From: Candidatus Humimicrobiaceae bacterium
Lineage (GTDB): Bacteria > Patescibacteriota > Minisyncoccia > Minisyncoccales > DG-74-1
Direction of reading: 5' to 3'
DNA length: 62,762 nt
NCBI GenBank assembly: GCA_035530555.1
Contig: DATKUR010000010.1
Location: 1-62,762 of the forward strand
Shown here: one piece after another, positions 56,592 to 62,762 of the stretch
Layout of the letters: each line of letters begins with the position of its first letter
Numbering within the stretch: position 1 is the first letter of the stretch
Translations under genes and position numbers: made by a program
The notes under the pieces: model-generated
What the model saw: only the letters and a program-made list of their open reading frames with translations
What the model was told of the DNA's origin: nothing
Databases searched by the model: none

Positions 56592-57692
56592 ATGATTTTC
56601 TCAAATATATTCTCGTCAAAAAGATTTTTAGGAATAGATATCGGCACCGCCGGCGTCAAACTGATTGAATTGTCGGGCGGAGGGGAGAGAAAAAAACTGG
56701 AGAATTATGCTGAAATGAAAGCCGAAGTCGCTCATAAAAATCCATTCCGGACTTTTGAAAAAAATGCCCTTTTACTTTCAACTCAGGATATCGCCCAGGC
56801 AATAAAAGCAATGACGAAAGAGGCGAAGATTAAGACGCGCAACTGTATCTTTTCCATCCCTGATTTTTCCAGTTTTTTTACCGATTTTGAATTACCCTCT
56901 ATGGCCAAGGAAGAAATCGGTAAAGCAGTGTATTATGAGGCCAGGCAACATATCCCCCTACCTTTATCAGAGGTAACCTTAGATTGGGAGGTAATTGAGG
57001 GCAGGGTTTTAGATAAGGGAAAGAGTAAATTAAAAATCCTGTTAGTGGCTGTTCCTAATGAGACGATTAATCAATATCAAACGATTGCTAAATTGTGCAA
57101 TCTCAAGGTTCTTGCCTTGGAAGCCGAGGTTTTCGGCTTAGTGCGTTCCTTGATCCCGGTTAATGAAAATAGAACTGTTGCTATTGTTGACATTGGCGAC
57201 CAGACCACTACTTGTAGTATAATAGATAAAAAACTTCTTATATCATCCAATAGTTTTAACCTTTCTGGAGACGATTTGACGGAAAGATTGATTAAAAGTT
57301 TAACCGTTGATTATCCGACAGCCCAAAGGCTTAAAGAAGAATACGGGTTAAAAGAGGTTTCTCCATCTCCTAGCGATGTTGAATCCATATCAGTAAAAAA
57401 CATCAAAGAAGCCTTACTTCCTCTGGTCGATGCTATTTTGAAGGAAGTAGGAAAAACTAGTCTTAATTTTTATCAAACAGAAAATAGAGAGGTTCAAAAA
57501 TTTATAATAGCGGGCGGCACTAGTCTCATGCCAGGGCTGAAGGAATATTTTGAAAATTATCTAAAAAAAGAAACAGAGATTGCCGACCCCTTTTCTAGGA
57601 TTTTTTACCCGCCAGTTTTAGAGAAAACATTAAAAGAAATGGGCCCTGCTTATGCCATAGCTCTGGGAATGGCTCTCCGCGGTCTCGAATAG
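56592..57692 (+). CDS. pilM: Type IV pilus assembly protein PilM, paralogue 2
   Basis: LGIDIG, EARQHIP, VDIG, AGG, ALGMALR. Confidence 0.9.
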   Translation: MIFSNIFSSKRFLGIDIGTAGVKLIELSGGGERKKLENYAEMKAEVAHKNPFRTFEKNALLLSTQDIAQAIKAMTKEAKIKTRNCIFSIPDFSSFFTDFELPSMAKEEIGKAVYYEARQHIPLPLSEVTLDWEVIEGRVLDKGKSKLKILLVAVPNETINQYQTIAKLCNLKVLALEAEVFGLVRSLIPVNENRTVAIVDIGDQTTTCSIIDKKLLISSNSFNLSGDDLTERLIKSLTVDYPTAQRLKEEYGLKEVSPSPSDVESISVKNIKEALLPLVDAILKEVGKTSLNFYQTENREVQKFIIAGGTSLMPGLKEYFENYLKKETEIADPFSRIFYPPVLEKTLKEMGPAYAIALGMALRGLE

Positions 57693-57768
57693 ACCTGAAT
57701 CTGCAAGTTTTAAAATAATAAAGCCGAAAAAAATATTTTAACTTTAACCTCCGGTCTTAAATATTATT

Positions 57769-58302
57769 ATGGTTGAGATTATTCCTAAACCGGCTCCAAA
57801 ATTATCATCTTGGCAAAATATTCTTTTTTATCTTTCGTTTGGCCTTATCTTGCTGGCCGTTTTTAGCTATTTTGTTGCGGATATTTATCTGGGTAAGGCA
57901 GAAGCTCAGCTGGAAGCTCTAAAACAAAAAATGGACCAAACAAAAACCGCAGAAGAAATTAGCCTGGAACAAGAACTTTCTAGTTATGAGAAAAAAATTC
58001 AGAGTTTTTCAGTATTAATCAACCGGCACCTTTTCTCTTCAAAGACCTTTGAATTTATTGAAAAAAATACTCATCCTGAAGTTTGGTTTTCCACCTTTAA
58101 CTTAGATCCGAAGAAAGGAGGGGTTGCTCTTTCGGGCGATACCGAGAACTTTGTCACCTTGCACCAACAAATTCAGATTTTTGAAACCAATCCTTCGGTA
58201 AAAGATCTTAATTTAGCAGGAATTGCCATTGGGAAAGAGGGTAGAATTGCTTTCGACCTTAACCTTATCTTTGACCTAGGCCTATTTAAGTTAAATGAAT
58301 AA
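57769..58302 (+). CDS. PilN-like protein
   Basis: MVEIIP N-terminus, one TM, coiled coil; follows pilM. Confidence 0.7.
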   Translation: MVEIIPKPAPKLSSWQNILFYLSFGLILLAVFSYFVADIYLGKAEAQLEALKQKMDQTKTAEEISLEQELSSYEKKIQSFSVLINRHLFSSKTFEFIEKNTHPEVWFSTFNLDPKKGGVALSGDTENFVTLHQQIQIFETNPSVKDLNLAGIAIGKEGRIAFDLNLIFDLGLFKLNE

Positions 58303-58822
58303 ATCAGTCATCATTATTGTTTTTATTTCTCTAGCCCTGATTTTTGGAGCGATTTTTGTTTTACCAAAATACCAAGAGTTAGACCTTTTATGGCAAAGGA
58401 TTGAGAGAGAAGAAGAAAGTCTCGCGAAGAGAAAAGAATACCTTCAGGATCTTAGAAATACTGCTGAAGAGCTTAAAAATTATCAAGATCAGATTGCCAA
58501 AATTAATTCTGCATTGCCTGCTGGTCCGGATTTGCCAGCTCTCTTTGACTTCCTCCAAAAAGCCGCTTCTCAATCTGGTCTGTATTTAAAATCAATTTCT
58601 CACTCGGCTACCCAATCTTCTTCCGAAATTGAGGAACTTGAAGAAACTAGTGTTTCTCTGGAACTTTCCGGATCTTACCTTTCATTAAAAGAGTTCATCT
58701 CGAATTATCTGGAAGTAACTTCTCGGTTGATTGAAACGGAATCGGTTTCCTTTTCTTCTGATCTTGAAGAAGGGCCTCGAGATTTTAACTTAACAATCAA
58801 AGTATATTCTTATGCTGAATGA
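58295..58822 (+). CDS. pilO: PilO-like protein
   Basis: TM, coiled coil, ALP...LP.L, SGL, GSY..L..F. Confidence 0.82.
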   Translation: MNKSVIIIVFISLALIFGAIFVLPKYQELDLLWQRIEREEESLAKRKEYLQDLRNTAEELKNYQDQIAKINSALPAGPDLPALFDFLQKAASQSGLYLKSISHSATQSSSEIEELEETSVSLELSGSYLSLKEFISNYLEVTSRLIETESVSFSSDLEEGPRDFNLTIKVYSYAE

Positions 58823-58916
58823 GGCGACCGGAGAGAATTTTATTCTCTTCTTTCTCCCCAATCTTATTATCATAAGGTTCGGCATAAAATGAGAGCGGAG
58901 TTATCAATAAAAAATT

Positions 58917-59201
58917 ATGGCTATAACATTTGTTGAAAAAAGAAAGAAATTAAGATATTTGGTTTTTGTGTTATTGGCGATCCTGGCCGCTATTATTATA
59001 ATTGTCCTTTGGCCAAATATTTCTGGTTTTTTTCTGGGAGTAAAGCCGTTGGTTTTGCCTCCGCTTGAAATAACAGAAGAAAAAGTAGAAATAGATTTTG
59101 AGGTTTTCAAACACCCTCTTTTAGAAAAAATTCGGCTTTTTCCAGAAATCGAACTTTTTACAGAAGAAGTTGGCAGAGAAAATCCGTTTATCTTTTACTA
59201 A
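58917..59201 (+). CDS. Single-TM protein in the PilP position
   Basis: TM plus C-terminal GRENPF. Confidence 0.62.
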   Translation: MAITFVEKRKKLRYLVFVLLAILAAIIIIVLWPNISGFFLGVKPLVLPPLEITEEKVEIDFEVFKHPLLEKIRLFPEIELFTEEVGRENPFIFY

Positions 59202-59237
59202 AAAAGCAATTCCAATTTATTTCAGAGTATTCGGATT

Positions 59238-60959
59238 ATGGCTACCTTAATTCAGCAGTTGCTCAAAAAAGGGCTTATAGATAAAGAACAGGCTAGTTCT
59301 CTAGAATTTGAAGTTAAAGAGAGTAGAAAAAAGGAAGAGGAATTATTGATTGAAAAGCGGGTGGTGGCCGAGGATTTTTTATTTTCTCTCCGGAGTGAAA
59401 ACTTAAAAATACCTCTGAAAAAAATAGAACCAAAAGAGGTTCCCTTAGAGACTCTGGGATTGATTCCCGAAGAGACGGTCAAGCACTATCGAATGATTCC
59501 CCTTTCTAAAAAAGATGACTTTTTAGAAGTAGGGATGATCTACCCCGAAGATTCAAAGGCCCAAGAAGCCCTGAAGTTCTTGGCTCACCAGGGAAGATTC
59601 AATTACCGAATATTTCTTGTTACCCCGACAAATTTTAATGAGCTTTTAAAGCAATACCGAACCTTAAAAGGGGAGGTGGGAAGGGCCTTAGAGGAACTGA
59701 AGGTTGAGTTAAGAGAAGAAAAAATGCCTACGACCGCTGAGGAGTTTGAAAGATTGGCCGAAGAAGCGCCGATTACTAAGATTGTCACCGTGATATTAAA
59801 ACATGCCGTTGACGGAGAAGCCTCGGACGTCCATATTGAGCCCTGTAGAGAAAAAACGAGAGTCCGTTTCCGTCTATTAGGTAACTTGCATTCTTCAATC
59901 TTTCTGCCTCCAAGAGTCCATCCGGCGATCATTGCCAGGATTAAAATTCTTTCCAATTTAAAAATTGACGAAACCAGGGTTCCTCAGGATGGTCGTTTCT
60001 CAGCCAAGATTGACGATCGTGATATTGATTTTCGGGTTTCCACTTTCCCGACCGCCTTGGGAGAGAAAGTGGCTATTAGAATTTTAGACCCAACGATTGG
60101 TTTAAAAAAATTTGAAGACTTAGGCTTGGAAAAGAGAAATTTTGAGGTAGTAAAGAGAGCGATCCAAAGGCCCTATGGTTTGATTTTAGCCACCGGCCCG
60201 ACGGGTTGCGGGAAAAGTACCACCCTGTACGCTCTTCTGCAGATTCTTAATAAAGAAGGGGTAAATATTATTACGTTGGAAGATCCAGTGGAATATCTGG
60301 TTGAAGGGATTAATCAGTCCCAGATTAAGCCGGAAATTAATTACGATTTTGCCCGAGGGCTAAGACATGTTTTAAGACAAGACCCCGACATTATTATGGT
60401 TGGCGAGATCAGAGACGAGGAAACCGCTTTTTTGGTTAGCCATGCCGCCCTAACCGGCCACATAGTTTTATCAACCCTGCACACCAACGATGCCTTAGGC
60501 GGAATTCCCAGATTAATTGATTTAGGTATAAAGCCGTATCTGGTTCCAGCGGCTTTAAGCTGCATTCTTGCCCAAAGGTTGATCAGAAAGCTTTGTCAAT
60601 CTTGCAAAAAAGAGGTGAAACCCAAGAAAGAAATCAACGATTTAATTTTAAAAGAAATTGAGAATCTGCCTCCGGAGACCAAAAAGACAGTCAAGATTAA
60701 AAAACCCTTAACTGTTTTTGAGTCATCGGGTTGTAAAAAATGTAACAAAGAGGGTTTTTCCGGAAGGATTGCTGTTTTTGAGGTCGTTGAAATGACCGAC
60801 CAACTAGCGGAAATAATTTTAAAGGAACCAACCATTGAGAGTCTCCAGCAAGAAGCCGGTCGTCAGGGAATGGTTACCATGTTCCAAGACGGCATCCTGA
60901 AAGCCCTCAGGGGCATTACGACTATTGAGGAGGTGCTCAGGGTAGCCGAAGAGAGGTGA
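59238..60959 (+). CDS. pilB: PilB/GspE-family ATPase, paralogue 2
   Basis: ASDVHIEP, GPTGCGKST, EDPVEY, RQDPD, CQSC and CKKC zinc motif. Confidence 0.92.
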   Translation: MATLIQQLLKKGLIDKEQASSLEFEVKESRKKEEELLIEKRVVAEDFLFSLRSENLKIPLKKIEPKEVPLETLGLIPEETVKHYRMIPLSKKDDFLEVGMIYPEDSKAQEALKFLAHQGRFNYRIFLVTPTNFNELLKQYRTLKGEVGRALEELKVELREEKMPTTAEEFERLAEEAPITKIVTVILKHAVDGEASDVHIEPCREKTRVRFRLLGNLHSSIFLPPRVHPAIIARIKILSNLKIDETRVPQDGRFSAKIDDRDIDFRVSTFPTALGEKVAIRILDPTIGLKKFEDLGLEKRNFEVVKRAIQRPYGLILATGPTGCGKSTTLYALLQILNKEGVNIITLEDPVEYLVEGINQSQIKPEINYDFARGLRHVLRQDPDIIMVGEIRDEETAFLVSHAALTGHIVLSTLHTNDALGGIPRLIDLGIKPYLVPAALSCILAQRLIRKLCQSCKKEVKPKKEINDLILKEIENLPPETKKTVKIKKPLTVFESSGCKKCNKEGFSGRIAVFEVVEMTDQLAEIILKEPTIESLQQEAGRQGMVTMFQDGILKALRGITTIEEVLRVAEER

Positions 60960-61083
60960 GCGAAGCGAAACCCCGTCCTCTACGCCGTAAATTATGGAAA
61001 AAGACAATTAAAATATTAAAGAAGCACTAACTTGTCTTCGAGGGAATAATTACTGCTCAGAGGGCAGGGTGCTCATAAATTAA

Positions 61084-61473
61084 TTGTATATGAAACGCAT
61101 TTTATTAATCGAAGATGACCCTTTTCTTGTTGATATCTATACTACCAAGTTTAAAGAATCCGGTTTTGATATTGAAGTGGCCACTGACGGAGAGCAGGGC
61201 TTAAGGGAATTATCTGAGAAAAATTTCGACCTTTTACTTTTAGATATTGTTTTGCCTCAAGTTGACGGCTGGGAGGTATTGGAAAAGATTAAAGCCTTGA
61301 AGGTCAATATTAAGCATTTAGAGAATTTGAAAATTATTATCTTATCTAATCTTGGCCAGAAAGAGGAAGTGGAAAGAGGCATAGAAATGGGGGCGATTAG
61401 ATATTTTATAAAAGCCCATTATACACCGAGCGAAGTAGTTGCGGAAATAGAACAACTACTGAAGCGAGGTTAG
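61084..61473 (+). CDS. Single-domain response regulator (start probably 61090)
   Basis: ILLIEDD, DLLLLDIVLP, ILSN, YFIK. Confidence 0.92.
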   Translation: MYMKRILLIEDDPFLVDIYTTKFKESGFDIEVATDGEQGLRELSEKNFDLLLLDIVLPQVDGWEVLEKIKALKVNIKHLENLKIIILSNLGQKEEVERGIEMGAIRYFIKAHYTPSEVVAEIEQLLKRG

Positions 61474-61578
61474 AAAAGAAGCCTATCTCTTTGAACACTA
61501 AGCGAAGCGAAGGCGAAAAGAAACTTGTTTCTTTGAACACCGAGCGAAGTAGTTGCGGAGATAGAGCAGCTACTGAAG
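61423..61578 (+). repeat. 42-bp direct duplication of the regulator 3' end flanking two palindromic repeat units
   Basis: ACACCGAGCGAAGTAGTTGCGGA.ATAGA.CA.CTACTGAAG at 61423-61464 and 61537-61578 (3 mismatches). Confidence 0.85.
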
Positions 61579-61621
61579 TAGTCGAAGAAATTAGACAAAC
61601 ATTAAAATAATATTAAAAAAT

Positions 61622-62692
61622 ATGCCAGACTATTCTGCTCAACTTAAAGAATTGCTATCTATTACTGTTGAAGGACAGGCCTCCGACTTGCATTTATCCG
61701 TCGGACATCCTCCGGTTTTAAGACTAGCGGGCCGGCTTGTCCCTCTAGTAAAACAGAAAAAATTATCTTCAGAGGATGTCGTAAATTTAGCCGCAGTCTT
61801 GATGACTGAAGAACAAAAGGCAAGGCTTTTAGAAAAAAAAGAGGTTGATTTTTCCTATAGCCTTACCGAACAAGCGGCCAGATTTAGGGTTAACGTTTTT
61901 TTTCAAAGCGGTGAGATTTCTTGTGCTTTAAGACTGATTCCGTCCAAAATTCCCACCATTGAAGAATTAAACCTTCCGCCGTTCTTACATAAATTCACCA
62001 GTCTTTCTCAGGGATTTATTTTAATTACCGGACCATCTTCCCATGGAAAGTCAACTACCTTAGCTTCCATGATTGATGAAATAAATCATAGCCGGACCGA
62101 TCACATTATCACTATCGAGGACCCGATTGAGTATGTTTTTAAAGACGACTTATCAATCATTGACCAGCGGGAAGTTTATCAAGACGCCCTTTCTTTTGAG
62201 CGAGCCCTTCGTGCTACCTTCCGCCAGGATCCTGATGTCATTATGGTCGGCGAAATGAGAGATCCGGAAACCATGGCTTCGGCCATTACGGCGGCTGAAA
62301 CTGGACATTTGGTTTTTGCCACGCTTCATACCAATTCGGCTGCTCAAACCATTCACAGAATTGTTGATTCTTTCTCTTCAGCCCAGCAAGGCCAGATTAG
62401 AGCCCAGTTATCGGGATCTCTTGTAGGAGTAATTTCTCAGAGATTGATTCCCAGAACTAAGGGGGGATTAATTCCAGCCTGTGAGATTTTGGTTAATAAT
62501 CCGGCCACGGCTAACTTAATAAGGGAAAATAAAATCCACGAAATTCCCTTGGTTATTGAAACCTCGGCCGAAGTGGGAATGGTTTCTTTAAACAGGGCTT
62601 TAGCGAACTTGGTCAAGAAAAAAGAGGTTGCCTTAGAAAACGCCCTGAATTATTCTCTTAGCCCTGCTGAACTGAAAATACTTATAAGATGA
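61622..62692 (+). CDS. pilT: Type IV pilus retraction ATPase PilT
   Basis: ASDLHL, RFRVN, GPSSHGKSTT, TIEDPIE, RQDPD-GEMRD, AETGH, ANLIRE. Confidence 0.93.
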   Translation: MPDYSAQLKELLSITVEGQASDLHLSVGHPPVLRLAGRLVPLVKQKKLSSEDVVNLAAVLMTEEQKARLLEKKEVDFSYSLTEQAARFRVNVFFQSGEISCALRLIPSKIPTIEELNLPPFLHKFTSLSQGFILITGPSSHGKSTTLASMIDEINHSRTDHIITIEDPIEYVFKDDLSIIDQREVYQDALSFERALRATFRQDPDVIMVGEMRDPETMASAITAAETGHLVFATLHTNSAAQTIHRIVDSFSSAQQGQIRAQLSGSLVGVISQRLIPRTKGGLIPACEILVNNPATANLIRENKIHEIPLVIETSAEVGMVSLNRALANLVKKKEVALENALNYSLSPAELKILIR

Positions 62693-62710
62693 TTTTAACG
62701 GATAAATTAC

Positions 62711-62762
62711 GTGAAATTTAATTATCAAGCCAGAACTAAAACCGGAGAAGTTCAGTCAGGAG
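62711..62762 (+). CDS. pilC: 5' end of a PilC/GspF-family gene (partial)
   Basis: GTG start, MKFNYQARTKTGEVQSG matches PilC N-termini; follows pilT. Confidence 0.75.
   Translation, partial: MKFNYQARTKTGEVQSG

Noticed and set aside
61423..61578. Mini CRISPR
   Set aside because: The two 42-bp repeats are a duplicated coding tail, and the intervening DNA is the host repeat family

Overview
Chromosomal window from a bacterium that looks like Patescibacteria/CPR (Parcubacteria-like). This lineage call is an inference from gene content: two type IV pilus loci, CPR-type small pilins, short ValS and IF2, AT-rich leaders without Shine-Dalgarno motifs, and tRNA-Ile(UAU) and tRNA-Arg(GCG). The standard genetic code is used. 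Layout: 1-9.3 kb, type IV pilus locus 1. 9.3-33.5 kb, housekeeping genes (htrA-like, infB, rbfA, rplS, ftsH, S1 protein, gyrA, valS, recG) with 17 tRNA genes. 33.5-40.6 kb, a metal/Fe-S cluster (ZnuBC-like, NifB/NifX-like pair, MinD-ferredoxin ATPase, CDF, DUF134). 40.6-55.5 kb, a mobile island. 55.6-55.9 kb, an 18th tRNA (Ser-UGA) nested inside a decayed tRNA-Ser. 55.9-62.8 kb, comF and type IV pilus locus 2. The island holds most of the novelty. It has a capsid- and portal-free operon (ParB-methylase, TerS-like, TerL, large serine recombinase), two divergent highly structured non-coding RNAs, and two candidate defence modules (small protein + GHKL/MORC-like ATPase + N4C-type methylase; UvrD-like helicase + putative PD-(D/E)xK protein). 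Outside the island, families of short palindromic repeats sit between genes and in-frame inside essential proteins. All calls come from reading motifs by eye; no database searches were run.
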